DNA of 64,000 nucleotides from Sedimentisphaerales bacterium (GCA_963663805.2 CAXXMR010000009.1:160001-224000); one strand, 5' to 3'; counted from the first letter of the stretch, positions 29,266 to 39,743 are shown. Notes: generated by a model not told the origin, from the sequence alone. Made by a program: numbers and translations.

Positions 29266-30255
29266 TTATTTTAGGATCGCATCGACTAATGATTTCTCAA
29301 AGCCGTCGAGGTCTTTCCATTTTACAGCCCAGTTGATATTTTTGGCGTCGGGGTCGATGAGGCAGTAGCCTTTGTCGTCGATTTTTGTGCCGAGAGTCTC
29401 CATTTCGAGGTAGTCGAACGAGCGGGCTAAATGAATGGCCACAGTATCATAGAGGATGGTGCTGGTGTTATTGTAATCGAATCTTTTTTCGGGTTTGTGT
29501 CCCGGTCTTTCGAGCCAGGCTTTATAACTTTCCTGGATAGCCTGCATTTCAGGTGTGGTGCATTTCAGGAATCTCTGATAGTTTTCGCCATCAAGCATAA
29601 CCAGACTGCAAGTGTCCAGCGGGGTGATGGTCATGGGCCAGGGAGAGTGGAAAACCTTCTGGGCCTCTTTGATGTAGGTTCTAATGTTCCATTCCGCGAC
29701 GGGTTTGCCTTTGCCTTGGTGGCCTACATAAATACTGCCCTGCATGCCGATGACTTCGGACTTTGCGGCGATGCCGGGTTCCAGTTCCAGAGCGGCAGCG
29801 AGGTTGGGCAGGGGGCCGACGGCTATTACTTTGATGTTTTTATTCGAGGCCATGATGATATCGACCATTGCTTTGACGCCGTCTTCTATGATAGTGCCGG
29901 GATATTTTTTGTAGTCGTAACCTTCGAGCCAGGATTTCTGGTGATATTTGTGTACACCGCTTTCGGTTTTTTTGCCGATGCCGATGGGGATATCGGTGCG
30001 GTTGTATATCTCCAGAGTTTTGGCGACAAACTGAGCCCTTAAGGCGGTATCTCCGCTGGCGGTGGTGATGAGCTTGATGTCGAAATCCGGGCATTTGAGC
30101 AGATACGCCAGAGCCCACATGTCGTCTATGTCGTCAGCGATGTCGGTATCGAATATAACGGGGATTTTCACTTCCGGTTCCGGTGAAGCGGCAGGCACTG
30201 GAACGCAGATGATTGCCAAAAGAAATATTGTTAAGAGGTATTTGGGATTATTCAT
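29266..30255 (-). CDS. Nucleoside hydrolase (IU-NH family) with signal peptide
   Basis: FDTDIADDIDD Asp-rich Ca-binding motif, VGPLPNLA, AEWNI, PLDT, LYD. Confidence 0.88.
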   Translation of the reverse strand: MNNPKYLLTIFLLAIICVPVPAASPEPEVKIPVIFDTDIADDIDDMWALAYLLKCPDFDIKLITTASGDTALRAQFVAKTLEIYNRTDIPIGIGKKTESGVHKYHQKSWLEGYDYKKYPGTIIEDGVKAMVDIIMASNKNIKVIAVGPLPNLAAALELEPGIAAKSEVIGMQGSIYVGHQGKGKPVAEWNIRTYIKEAQKVFHSPWPMTITPLDTCSLVMLDGENYQRFLKCTTPEMQAIQESYKAWLERPGHKPEKRFDYNNTSTILYDTVAIHLARSFDYLEMETLGTKIDDKGYCLIDPDAKNINWAVKWKDLDGFEKSLVDAILK

Positions 30256-30323
30256 TACGCGATTTTGAGCAGAGGAGAACATGCCGGCTCCTTATGGTGT
30301 ATTTTATGGCGTTATTTTTGGAA

Positions 30324-30371
30324 AAGCAGGCCGGGAACCCTTAAAGGAGAATCAGGGCTCCCGACCTGCTT
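30324..30371 (-). terminator. Stem-loop, probable intrinsic terminator or processing hairpin
   Basis: AAGCAGGCCGGGAACCCT pairs with AGGGCTCCCGACCTGCTT (G-U wobbles on the minus strand), ending in a short U-run. Confidence 0.7.
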
Positions 30372-30391
30372 GTTTACAACTCGTCCAACAA

Positions 30392-32218
30392 TTATTCACA
30401 CTCAGGCGCGGTGCAGGTCAGCCAGTTGGCCGAGATTACAGAGAAGTCTGTAAGGTCAACACGGCAATCGCCGTTGATGTCACCGTCCGGTATTGGGTGA
30501 TTTGCGTCACCGCAACCGCCTACTTCGTAGATACCCATATCAACTATCCCATTGATGATACGTTTTCGACCGTCTTTGTCTTCGGTAACGCTTGCCGGGA
30601 CATAGCTGTTGCCGCCAGCGTCGATACAGGGTGAGACATTCGGAGCGGTGTTCTGTAGATGATAATCATCGTCCGCGGTGCCCGGAATATCATCGGCACC
30701 GTCAGCATCGACGAAAAGCGGGTCCTGGTCGATATTGCCGGTTCCGGCACCAGTCCAGCCGTTTTCTATGTTGCAATAGCTGACTTCAAGGGCAGCGCTC
30801 TGGTCATCAATCGAGCTGGCACCGTTGAGAATTATTGAGTTGTAGATACCATCCAGAAGTGAGTTTGAAGCTACGGTAACTGCTGCCCCTGTGGGAGCGG
30901 TATTGTCAACAAACACACAGTTGTCGATTTCAATGATGCGGTCGTAGGCTTTTATGGCACCGCCTTCGGTGTTGGCGTTGTTGGCGGTGAAAACGCAGTT
31001 TGCCACGAGAGTAGAATCAGAATTGCCGCTGCCGTCCAGTGAAAGGGCCCCCGCTACTTCATTTGCATCGTTGGCGTAGAAGCAACAGTTGATAAAGTCG
31101 CCTGACATAGCACTGAAAAGGAATACCGCAGCTCCAGATTTGGTGCAGGTATTTTCGCTGAAGGTGCAGCCGTCGAAGGTGACGTTTCCGGCACTGGTCA
31201 AGCGTGTGGCACCTCCGTATGGGGCATTGTTGGCGGTAAAGGCGCAGTTGGTGACATTGGCACCAGAACTACTGTCGATGAGCAAGGCGCCGGCACGGGT
31301 GGAACTGCTGTTGTTTTCGAATGAGCAGTTGGTTATGGTTGCAAAAGCGGAGGAGGTTACAATTACCGCACCACCGCCGGCGGCACCGGATGAAGTGTTG
31401 GTGTTGTTGGTAAAGGTGCAGTCTTCGAGCGTGAAAGCACCGGTTTCGCGAATTCTAATACCGCCTGCGGTTGAGTAACCAATGTTGTTGTCGAAGGTAC
31501 AGCCGGAAACTTTAGCCCCGGAGCTGTTGGAGTAGAAATAAACGGCACCGGCAAATCCGCCATAGCAGTTTTCGAATACACAGTTAGTGATTTGCGAGGG
31601 GCAGGTGTTGGCCCAGATTGCCGAACCGCCGGCAGTGGACCAGTGATTTGTGAATACACAGTTCTGGACTGTGGGGCTGCCGGGGCTTACACGCAGACCA
31701 GAACCACAGTTATCAGGAGATGCGCCATTGGAATAGCCGCCGGTGATTGTGAAGCCGTCCAGAATAGCGGTTGCGTCGGTGTTGTTGGCAGTAAGAATAT
31801 GGTATGAGTTGTCGGTCATATTGCCAAAGTCGGCGCTGTCATTGCCGGCCAGGTCACCGGTAAGGATTGTGACATTATTTACATAATCACGCTGACTGAG
31901 CTGGGTCTCAGTGCCAGCGAAACCACCGTAAAGGGCCACGCCGGTAATCATGGTAAAAGAAACCTGGCGATCGTACTGAGTGTAGGCCGTGCCCAGGTCG
32001 GGCTGATAGCTTCCCGCGGCGACCCAGATTTCGTCATCGGCCACCGCTACGCCCAGTGCGTCCTGAAGATTTACAAACGCATTGGCCCAGCTTGTTCCAT
32101 TGTTACTTCCGGCAGCGTCATCATTGACATAGATGGCCGCACCGGATACGCTCGCGGCGGTAATCAATGCCAGAGACATGATTGCTGCCCACATTCTCAT
32201 TTTTAACATACTCACCAT
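30392..32218 (-). CDS. Secreted right-handed beta-helix protein with C-terminal dockerin (paralogue of 27428-29224)
   Basis: IYVNDDA..NGTSWANAF, IWVAAGSYQP, GGA repeats, SPCIDAG...DMGIYE, GDINGDCRVDLTDF. Confidence 0.85.
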   Translation of the reverse strand: MVSMLKMRMWAAIMSLALITAASVSGAAIYVNDDAAGSNNGTSWANAFVNLQDALGVAVADDEIWVAAGSYQPDLGTAYTQYDRQVSFTMITGVALYGGFAGTETQLSQRDYVNNVTILTGDLAGNDSADFGNMTDNSYHILTANNTDATAILDGFTITGGYSNGASPDNCGSGLRVSPGSPTVQNCVFTNHWSTAGGSAIWANTCPSQITNCVFENCYGGFAGAVYFYSNSSGAKVSGCTFDNNIGYSTAGGIRIRETGAFTLEDCTFTNNTNTSSGAAGGGAVIVTSSAFATITNCSFENNSSSTRAGALLIDSSSGANVTNCAFTANNAPYGGATRLTSAGNVTFDGCTFSENTCTKSGAAVFLFSAMSGDFINCCFYANDANEVAGALSLDGSGNSDSTLVANCVFTANNANTEGGAIKAYDRIIEIDNCVFVDNTAPTGAAVTVASNSLLDGIYNSIILNGASSIDDQSAALEVSYCNIENGWTGAGTGNIDQDPLFVDADGADDIPGTADDDYHLQNTAPNVSPCIDAGGNSYVPASVTEDKDGRKRIINGIVDMGIYEVGGCGDANHPIPDGDINGDCRVDLTDFSVISANWLTCTAPECE

Positions 32219-32312
32219 TTCAATTACCTCCAGTAAAAAGTTTACTCTTCTTCTCTGTAAAACGCTAATAACAGAGTTTTCTTTGTGCTACGCTGCACTT
32301 TTTATTACACGA

Positions 32313-33128
32313 TTAATATTTGTTCATCCATGTCGGCCAGGTGGTCGGTTCTTTGGGGGTCCAGATGCGATTCCATTTCAATTTCCACAGGTTTCCAAAT
32401 TCTATACTCTGTACCGACCAGTCCATCATCACCATATTAACTTCACCTTTGCCGTGACGATTAATCATGCAACGTCCCATTTCGCCATAAGGATTGGGTG
32501 AATTCCAGGTGTAAAAAGATTCAGTTGCCGGGGGAGCATCTGAGGGCTGCGGCATTATTTCATAGGTTCCGCAGTCCATTAGCACCGGGACGGAGTCGGC
32601 GTATCGTGGGTCTGTTTTTCCCCAGTAGTATTCTGCTTTGTATGCCGTTCCGGTTCCGCCTTCAGAATTACTTTCAGTGCCGCTGTTGTTATATATCCAT
32701 TCGTTGATGCCATAGCTGCCGTAAATTCCATCTTTGTATTTGTCGGGGTCCGTAGATGTATAGGGCCCCCAGACACCATATATCGGGTCTTCAGTGAATT
32801 TCTTAGCCGGGTTGTTTGCTTTGGGGCAGCAGCAGAATTCATAGATGTCTTCGTAGTAGTCACTCATGGAAGTCATCCACAGTTCGAACGTATCTGCTTG
32901 GTTGGTATACCATCCAGATGGGAACTTCTCTCTATTGTCGTCGGTATATAGTTGGAAGATTAAGCCCCATTGACGTAGATTTGATTTGCACATTACGTTC
33001 TTGGCCTGATCACGGGCCTGTCCCAACGCTGGCAGTAAGATCGAAACCAACAACGCGATAATGGCGACTACTACCAGCAATTCGACCAAGGTGAACCCTT
33101 TTTGTTTTTGTATTATTTTCCTGTTCAT
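32313..33128 (-). CDS. Prepilin-type N-terminal cleavage/methylation protein (DUF1559-like)
   Basis: [39 protein letters not shown]-terminal [14 protein letters not shown] (variant of the H-X9-DG motif). Confidence 0.9.
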   Translation of the reverse strand: MNRKIIQKQKGFTLVELLVVVAIIALLVSILLPALGQARDQAKNVMCKSNLRQWGLIFQLYTDDNREKFPSGWYTNQADTFELWMTSMSDYYEDIYEFCCCPKANNPAKKFTEDPIYGVWGPYTSTDPDKYKDGIYGSYGINEWIYNNSGTESNSEGGTGTAYKAEYYWGKTDPRYADSVPVLMDCGTYEIMPQPSDAPPATESFYTWNSPNPYGEMGRCMINRHGKGEVNMVMMDWSVQSIEFGNLWKLKWNRIWTPKEPTTWPTWMNKY

Positions 33129-33248
33129 ATCATTATTCTCCAATTTAATGGTATTGTCTCTCTTCTTAGACTTGACACTTTCTATTATACAAATTTAACA
33201 TTTCCATTGAACGCCATAACTGTTCATAAAACATGCCATTTTGCGCGG

Positions 33249-34025
33249 TTACAGTGTTTTTTGATGTTCTGCGGATTTGAAATCCTCCACGATTTTTTGT
33301 ATGCCTGACTTCACGATTGACATATCGGTACTCAGGGCAATCAGGCTGAATCCCATTCCGATAATTTGCTCTAAAACGCTCTTATCTTTAATTAAAATGC
33401 CCGCTTTCTTGTTGTGCAATCGTGCAGTTTTGCAAATATCGGTCATTGCCTGATGCAACTGCGGGTGTGCCAGGTCACATGGGATGCCCAGGTCGCAGCT
33501 CAAATCGGAAGGACCCAGGAATAAAACATCCACTCCTTCCACGGCCGCGATTTCATCCATGTTTGCTAACGCTGTTCCGGTTTCAATCTGCACAACTAAC
33601 AGCAGGTCATTGTTGGCTTTTTCGAGGTACTCTTTAATTTCAAAACCAAAACCACTGGCCCGGCAGGTGCGGGTCAAGCCGCGTATGCCGTCCGGTGGGT
33701 ATTTCATATATCTGACGGCGAGTTCGGCTTCCTGAGCGGTATTGATTTGCGGGACCATTATCCCTTCGGCACCGTTATCGAGAGCGCGTTTGAAATGTTC
33801 GATTTCATTGTTGACGATACGTACGACAGGTGACGTGCCGCCCAGACGGGCTGACTGAATAGTTGAAACCATGGTGTTAAAATCGCCGGAACCATGCTCG
33901 GTGTCGATGAGTACCCAATCCAGTCCCGCTCTACCTGCTATCTCTGCTGAGGTTGCGATGCCGAGGTTCAGGAATAATCCCGATGCGAAATCAGCGTTCT
34001 GAAGTTTGTTTTTTATCCATTCCAT
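33249..34025 (-). CDS. HpcH/HpaI-family aldolase (2-keto-3-deoxy sugar acid aldolase-like)
   Basis: DWVLIDTEHG, KRALDNGA, YPPDGIRG, VQIET, FLGPSDLS. Confidence 0.92.
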   Translation of the reverse strand: MEWIKNKLQNADFASGLFLNLGIATSAEIAGRAGLDWVLIDTEHGSGDFNTMVSTIQSARLGGTSPVVRIVNNEIEHFKRALDNGAEGIMVPQINTAQEAELAVRYMKYPPDGIRGLTRTCRASGFGFEIKEYLEKANNDLLLVVQIETGTALANMDEIAAVEGVDVLFLGPSDLSCDLGIPCDLAHPQLHQAMTDICKTARLHNKKAGILIKDKSVLEQIIGMGFSLIALSTDMSIVKSGIQKIVEDFKSAEHQKTL

Positions 34026-34041
34026 ATAGCGATGCAGCCTT

Positions 34042-36201
34042 TTACAGTTGTTTCAGTTCTTCGATGCCCTGGCGAAGGCGGTTATAGGTAAATTCTTTGA
34101 GCGATGATTTGTTGTCGTCATTAATGAGGAAGAAGTCTTTCTTTTTGTCGAAATAGTTCAGTTTGGTTCGGATGACCGATTTCCAGAGCATGTTGCGGAC
34201 CAGGTACAAGGATGTGCGTGCTTTGAATTTATCCGAAATTTTGGTTACTTCCTCATAGCCCTCATATACCGGGCCGAGTACGTCGCCGTTATAGAAGCAT
34301 TTCATTACGGAAATGTCGTCGGCGGGGTCGCCTATTATGACATCATCCCAGTCGATGATGGCGTTGACCTTGTTTTCGGTGCCTATCATATTCCAGAAAG
34401 CAATGTCTTTATGGACGACCGAACCCTGACCGATGTCGAGCAGGTGACCATGTTTTTCAATGAGAGATTCGATTTCGGCAACCTCAGCGGTTGCCAGGAA
34501 ATCTGTGTCACGCAGGCACTTGATATGATTGTCGAGCTGTTTGCAGAAATAGTCTCGGTTTTTGTTGTCCAGGCCGACGATTTTATTTTTTGTGCGAAGA
34601 ATATTAGTATTGAAAAATCCGAAGCCGTCCAGTTTGACCTGATGCATTTTAGCGAGCAGTCTGCCGACTTCCCGACCGATTTGGGTCCGGTCAAGGGTTT
34701 GACTTTGATAATAATTGTTCAGGCATTCGCCCCGGACCAGTTCCATCAGTTGGTAGCGGATGGGGTATTTATCGAGCGAGACATCCCAGTGATAGACTTC
34801 GGGGACTTTGACGCCGCGTTTGCGAACCAGCTCCATGGCGGCTCCTTCGGCATCCATGTAATCATCATCGAGTTTGCCGCCGTCGGCGCGGAAGAAGAAC
34901 TCTCCGTCATTATTTTTGATGATATAAGTGTAATGATTGCCAGCCCCGTTACAAGCGGTCACGGTAAGATTATTTTTGCCGAAATAGTCCTGAGCAATGT
35001 CTCGAACGACTGGGCCGATGTCGGCGACTGCCTGTTTGTCATTGCAAATCAGCTTTTCCCTGTCGGGCAGGACATTATCGCATTTCCAGTAATAAATATC
35101 AGAGCGGCTGGTTTTGTTCCGGGGCTTTACGCGTCCCCAGATTGCCGCCAGAATAGAACCTGAAACATTCATCCAGGCGCCGAAGATTGCCGGGGCGAGA
35201 GTGGCTGGGGTACTGTTGAGTACATTGATGGCGATTCCGCTGGCCATGCCGCCATTCTGAAGGCCAACCTCGATAGCGATGGTCCGGCTGGAAGTTTCGT
35301 CCAGCTTCAACGCGCGGGCACCATAATAACCCAGGACATAACCGGTAGCGTTATGAATTACGGCTACCAGGAACAGCAGCGAACCAACGGTCAAGAGCAT
35401 GTCGCGTGAGAGGGCCGTGATGATCGCGATACTGAAACACAGGCCTGCCATCGAGAATACCGGCAGTACCCGGTCGCGAATCTGGGAATATTTATGGAGC
35501 AGGCGATTGGCAATCAATCCCGCCACGATAGGCAAGATAATCATTTTCATGATGGAGAACATCATCGCCGCGAAATCAATCTGGGTGTATTGCTGGGCCA
35601 GGAGCTTCATAACCAAAGGTGTCAGCAGGGGGGAAAGCAGAGTGGAACATGATGTCATGGTTACCGAAAGAGCGACATTGCCGCGGGCCAGGTAAGTTAT
35701 CACATTGGACGCGACTCCGCCGGGGCATGAGCCGACCAGAATAACGCCTACGGCTATCATGGCTTCCAGCCCGGCGCCGCGAGCCAGCAGAAAACCTACG
35801 ATGGGCATTACGGAAAACTGCAATACCATACCTGCTATAATTGCGCGGGGCATCTGGGCTACTCTCTTGAAGTCGCCCAGGCAAAGAGTTGTACCCATGC
35901 CGAACATGATAAGCTGGATAACTGGTACGATGAGTTTTTTAAGTTCAAAGCCGCCCCAGCTAATGAACAGTTGTGGGTAATACATACTGGCAGAAGCCGC
36001 GGCCAGGACCCAGAGCGTGAACGCCAGTCCCTTCCATTGTTTGGTGAATCGCACGAAGAACGCCAGCCACGCAAACCCTGTGACAACGAAGGGGCCGGAA
36101 TACTGGGCAGGGCCGAGCTTGTAAATTATCAAGGCGGTGATGAATGACAATACGCTTACAAATGGCAGAATATGGGGTAATTTAACTTTTGAGTTTGACA
36201 T
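34042..36201 (-). CDS. Bile acid:Na+ symporter (BASS) fused to an APH/choline-kinase-like phosphotransferase
   Basis: MFGMG, CPGGVASN, GNVALSV and IEVGLQN BASS motifs; C-terminal HKDIAFWN and IIDWDD kinase motifs in the same ORF. Confidence 0.85.
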   Translation of the reverse strand: MSNSKVKLPHILPFVSVLSFITALIIYKLGPAQYSGPFVVTGFAWLAFFVRFTKQWKGLAFTLWVLAAASASMYYPQLFISWGGFELKKLIVPVIQLIMFGMGTTLCLGDFKRVAQMPRAIIAGMVLQFSVMPIVGFLLARGAGLEAMIAVGVILVGSCPGGVASNVITYLARGNVALSVTMTSCSTLLSPLLTPLVMKLLAQQYTQIDFAAMMFSIMKMIILPIVAGLIANRLLHKYSQIRDRVLPVFSMAGLCFSIAIITALSRDMLLTVGSLLFLVAVIHNATGYVLGYYGARALKLDETSSRTIAIEVGLQNGGMASGIAINVLNSTPATLAPAIFGAWMNVSGSILAAIWGRVKPRNKTSRSDIYYWKCDNVLPDREKLICNDKQAVADIGPVVRDIAQDYFGKNNLTVTACNGAGNHYTYIIKNNDGEFFFRADGGKLDDDYMDAEGAAMELVRKRGVKVPEVYHWDVSLDKYPIRYQLMELVRGECLNNYYQSQTLDRTQIGREVGRLLAKMHQVKLDGFGFFNTNILRTKNKIVGLDNKNRDYFCKQLDNHIKCLRDTDFLATAEVAEIESLIEKHGHLLDIGQGSVVHKDIAFWNMIGTENKVNAIIDWDDVIIGDPADDISVMKCFYNGDVLGPVYEGYEEVTKISDKFKARTSLYLVRNMLWKSVIRTKLNYFDKKKDFFLINDDNKSSLKEFTYNRLRQGIEELKQL

Positions 36202-36225
36202 GTTTGCTGCTTTACTTCTGGGTTA

Positions 36226-37419
36226 CTATGATCTGCCGTATTTGCGGCGATACTCGGTTGGGGTTAATCCGGTTTGCTTTTTGAAAAAACGGGCGATATG
36301 CGGAAGGTCGTTATATCCGAACTCCCAGGCTATCTGCTGCACAGACAGGTCCGTTTTGAGCAGTCTGTGTGAAATATTTTCCGTACGCACTCTTTTGATT
36401 TCATCGCTGATGGTTCGGCCTAATATGGAGCAGAATTTTTCCTGCAATCTTCTTCTTGACAGCGCGGCAGCTGCGACAACATCGTTAACCTGAATATAGT
36501 CTCTGCTGTGTTCGTGGATAAACCTGACGGCCTTGTTCACATTTTCATCGCGCACTGCCATTATATCAGTTGATTGACGTGTGCGAATTTCCAGAGGCCT
36601 GACGATTATTTTCTGAGCCGCGGTTTTCTCACCCGCCATGAGCATATCCAGCAGTTCGGCGGTTTCATATCCGGCTATTTTCCAGTCCAGCTTAATGCTC
36701 GACAATGGCGGTGAACAGAAATTGCACATGGCATAGTCATCGTCCACGCCCAAAACCGAAAGTTCTTCGGGGATTTCAATTTGTTCTATTCTGCTCAATT
36801 GTACCAGGTTGTGCCCCAGTTTGTCATTGCAGGTGAAAACGCCCGTTGCTCTGGGTAACTGTTTGAGCCATTGAGTCAGAGCGGTAAGCTCTTTTTTGCG
36901 AGCCGATAATTTCGATCTGTTTTCCAGCTCATAAAGCTTTATCTTATGGCCGGCGTTGTCTAAATACTGAGCGAAGCTGAGGCCGCGTTCGATAGACCAG
37001 TCCACGTCGGCATAACCGCAAAAAGCAAAATGACGGTAGCCGCGGTTGATAAAATATTCCGCAGCAGTTTTACCAATGCCCTTGTTATCCCAGACGATGC
37101 TCGAAAAATGTCCATTGTGTTTGGCCTGGGGAATTGAAGCCAGTATTGTGGGGATGCCCTGAGTAGTGTATTTTTTGGTCAGGCAGGGGATGCTGGTTAT
37201 GATGCCGGACGGAGAAAAGTCAGGCAGCAGCGACAGAGAAAAATTTTTGTCACTTTGGTTGATGTCCGCTTCTGGGCATGTGTAGGCCTCGAAGTTGAAA
37301 AGCCACGGTCCGTTAGCGTCAGCGTATTCGGAAATTCCGTGCAGAAAATCCGTGCCGTTGCCGTGGAACGAATCCATTGCCAGCATAATATGAGGCGATG
37401 TGGGTAATAGACCGGTCAT
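36226..37419 (-). CDS. XylR-type regulator (periplasmic-binding-like sensor + AraC HTH)
   Basis: VFTCND, IPEELSVLGVDDD, PPLSSI, RQSTD, FKKQTGLTPTEYR. Confidence 0.9.
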   Translation of the reverse strand: MTGLLPTSPHIMLAMDSFHGNGTDFLHGISEYADANGPWLFNFEAYTCPEADINQSDKNFSLSLLPDFSPSGIITSIPCLTKKYTTQGIPTILASIPQAKHNGHFSSIVWDNKGIGKTAAEYFINRGYRHFAFCGYADVDWSIERGLSFAQYLDNAGHKIKLYELENRSKLSARKKELTALTQWLKQLPRATGVFTCNDKLGHNLVQLSRIEQIEIPEELSVLGVDDDYAMCNFCSPPLSSIKLDWKIAGYETAELLDMLMAGEKTAAQKIIVRPLEIRTRQSTDIMAVRDENVNKAVRFIHEHSRDYIQVNDVVAAAALSRRRLQEKFCSILGRTISDEIKRVRTENISHRLLKTDLSVQQIAWEFGYNDLPHIARFFKKQTGLTPTEYRRKYGRS

Positions 37420-37480
37420 GAAAACTACTTCAACTCCTGCGTTTTTGAGAGAACACTTCTCGTTATGCTACGCATATAAC

Positions 37481-38488
37481 CTATTGGGCCATCCGGGATA
37501 CGATTATCAGGGTAAGTCCCACAACATAAAATACGAACATCAAGGCCAGCAGAGAGTTTGTACCCTTGGGCCCGCCTTTGAATTCTTTCCAGATGAACAC
37601 GCCCCATAATGCCGCGACCATTGTCGCTCCCTGGCCCAGGCCGTAAGAAATCGCAAAGCCCGCCGCGCCCGAAGCGATAATGCTCAGCGACATGCCCATA
37701 CACCAGATAATGCCGCCCAGAATACCCACGCTGTGGATACGAGCGTTGCCGTTTTTGAAATATTCCCCGTAAGTTGCTTTTTCGCCGGTGAACGGTTTTG
37801 CCATAACAATACTGTTCCAGAGGAAATTGGAAATCAGCACGCCCGTCGAAAACATGAATATCGCGGAGTAAGGAGTAAGTTTGCCCGGCTGTATCTCAAT
37901 GAAATCTGTTGACATCGAAGCCGCCACAAAACGATAAAAGAACCCCATCAAAATGCCCGCGATTACGGAAAGCAGAATACCTTTAACCGGAGTTTTGCTG
38001 TCTTGATTGGACAGTTTCTTATAAGCCAGCGCGTCGATGATAATCGCCAGGGCAACGCAGCCCACGCCGCCAAACAGCAAAACGGAATTGCCTACCGGTG
38101 CCGCCAGATAGTTGGAGACAACCCCGATTACTAAGGCCAGGCCGACTCCAACCGGAAAAGCAACCGCCAGGCCCGCCACCGCGATAGCTCCGACCAGCAG
38201 GATGTTGGAAAGATTAAAAATCACCCCGCCCAGCAGGGCCATCAAAATATTATTACCGTCGGCTGCGGATAAGTTAGCGGCAAACCCCTGGCCGCTGGAA
38301 CCGGTGCTGCCCATAGTCAATGCCAACACCAGAGACAGCAGAAAAACCCCTATGGCGTAATCCCAGTAGAATAACTGAAACTTCCATTCTCTGGTTGCCA
38401 GTTTCTGGGTATTCGCCCAGGAACCCCAGCACAACATGGTAATTACGCAAAGCAAAACCGCCGCAAAATAGGATTCCACAATAACCAT
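37481..38488 (-). CDS. GRP/ureide-permease-like DMT sugar transporter
   Basis: CWGSWANT, FQLFYWDY, AVAFPVGVG, SYGLGQ, WGVFIWKEF; about 10 TM helices. Confidence 0.82.
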   Translation of the reverse strand: MVIVESYFAAVLLCVITMLCWGSWANTQKLATREWKFQLFYWDYAIGVFLLSLVLALTMGSTGSSGQGFAANLSAADGNNILMALLGGVIFNLSNILLVGAIAVAGLAVAFPVGVGLALVIGVVSNYLAAPVGNSVLLFGGVGCVALAIIIDALAYKKLSNQDSKTPVKGILLSVIAGILMGFFYRFVAASMSTDFIEIQPGKLTPYSAIFMFSTGVLISNFLWNSIVMAKPFTGEKATYGEYFKNGNARIHSVGILGGIIWCMGMSLSIIASGAAGFAISYGLGQGATMVAALWGVFIWKEFKGGPKGTNSLLALMFVFYVVGLTLIIVSRMAQ

Positions 38489-38559
38489 GATCTTTCCTTT
38501 TTTTAAAGAGTAGCTATCCGAAATGTATCCAACTGCCCCGCCCCGACCTAATCCTGTTA

Positions 38560-39585
38560 CTAAATCTTCCTTACCGACTTACGTATATTAAGACGAGTCG
38601 CTAATTTTACGCCCTGGGATTCGTAATCATTTTTCGACTCGATTTGATTCATAATCATTTTGACGGCCAACTCGCCCATGGCTTCGTTTTGCTGAGCCAC
38701 TGCGGTCAGAGGGGTGGCCAAAAACGGAAAATAGGGCTGTTCGTCGAAAGAAATCAGGGAAATATCGTTGGGGATTGACAATCCTTCTTCGTCGATAGCG
38801 GAATAAGCACCAAAGGAAATCGAGCTGCCCAGAGCGTATATCGCGGTGGGGCGGTTGAGGCTCTTGAGCAGCAGTTTGGTTTCGATATAACCATTGCGAT
38901 GAGTAAAGCTGTTGCCGACTACCACCTCGTTTATAGAAAGCCCATGGTCTTTGAGAGCGTCACGATAACCATTGGCACGGTCGCTGTTTAGCAGGCAATC
39001 AGAGAGCCCCTGAATGCACGCTATGTTCGTATGGCCGTTATCAATGAGATATTCAACGGCTTCATATGAGGCCTTGTAATTGTCAGATGTGACGTAGGGT
39101 AGTTTCATGCCTTCAAAATAACGGTCAACCACCACGATGGGTTTTCGCTTGTTATATAGCTCTTCGAAATGGCTGCCCACCTGACCGACCGGCGAGACGA
39201 TAATCCCGTCAACGTTACGCGATTCCAAAAGCCGCAGGGCCTCAATTTCCTCAATTGTTGAAGAGTTACTGTCGCACAAAATGATCGAATAATCAGTCTT
39301 TTTGGCTTCCGATTCGATATGGCGGGCCAAGGTGCCGAAAAACGGGTTGGCAATGTCAGGGACGATCAGGCCGAGCGTATTGGTTTTTTGCAGACGCAGA
39401 CTTTTGGCCACCTGATTGGGCGCATAGTCCACCCGTGCCGCTTCTGCCAGGACAACTTCTTCGGTTTGTTTGCTGATGCGGTATTTTCGGGCTTGGCCGC
39501 TGAGGACTCTTGATACTGTGGTGGCTGAAACGCCTATTGAGTGGGCCAGTGATTTTAAGGTTTTTTGTTTACTTATCTCTGTCAT
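38560..39585 (-). CDS. LacI-family transcriptional regulator
   Basis: TLKSLAHSIGVSATTVSRVL HTH, YAPNQVAKSL hinge, IPNDISLISFD. Confidence 0.93.
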   Translation of the reverse strand: MTEISKQKTLKSLAHSIGVSATTVSRVLSGQARKYRISKQTEEVVLAEAARVDYAPNQVAKSLRLQKTNTLGLIVPDIANPFFGTLARHIESEAKKTDYSIILCDSNSSTIEEIEALRLLESRNVDGIIVSPVGQVGSHFEELYNKRKPIVVVDRYFEGMKLPYVTSDNYKASYEAVEYLIDNGHTNIACIQGLSDCLLNSDRANGYRDALKDHGLSINEVVVGNSFTHRNGYIETKLLLKSLNRPTAIYALGSSISFGAYSAIDEEGLSIPNDISLISFDEQPYFPFLATPLTAVAQQNEAMGELAVKMIMNQIESKNDYESQGVKLATRLNIRKSVRKI

Positions 39586-39604
39586 GATATACCTGTTGTT
39601 TTTC

Positions 39605-39672
39605 GCACAATCGTTAATGCTCATTTGCACAATCGTTAATTCTAATAATATCATTTTATTTTATTATGTCAA
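39605..39672 (-). promoter_or_regulatory. Promoter plus tandem operator repeat upstream of the LacI gene
   Basis: Minus strand TTGACA (39672-39667), 16 bp, TG-n-TATTAT (39650-39645); exact 14-bp repeat GCACAATCGTTAAT at 39605-39618 and 39627-39640. Confidence 0.7.
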
Positions 39673-39743
39673 TATTTATTTTTGGTGAGTTTTTTTAAGG
39701 CTTATTTTTGAGCGCAAAAATGGCTGAATGGACGTAAAAACGC

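Noticed and set aside
34042..35110. Aminoglycoside resistance gene
   Set aside because: The APH fold is shared by many small-molecule kinases; fusion to a transporter and an adjacent aldolase point to catabolism.
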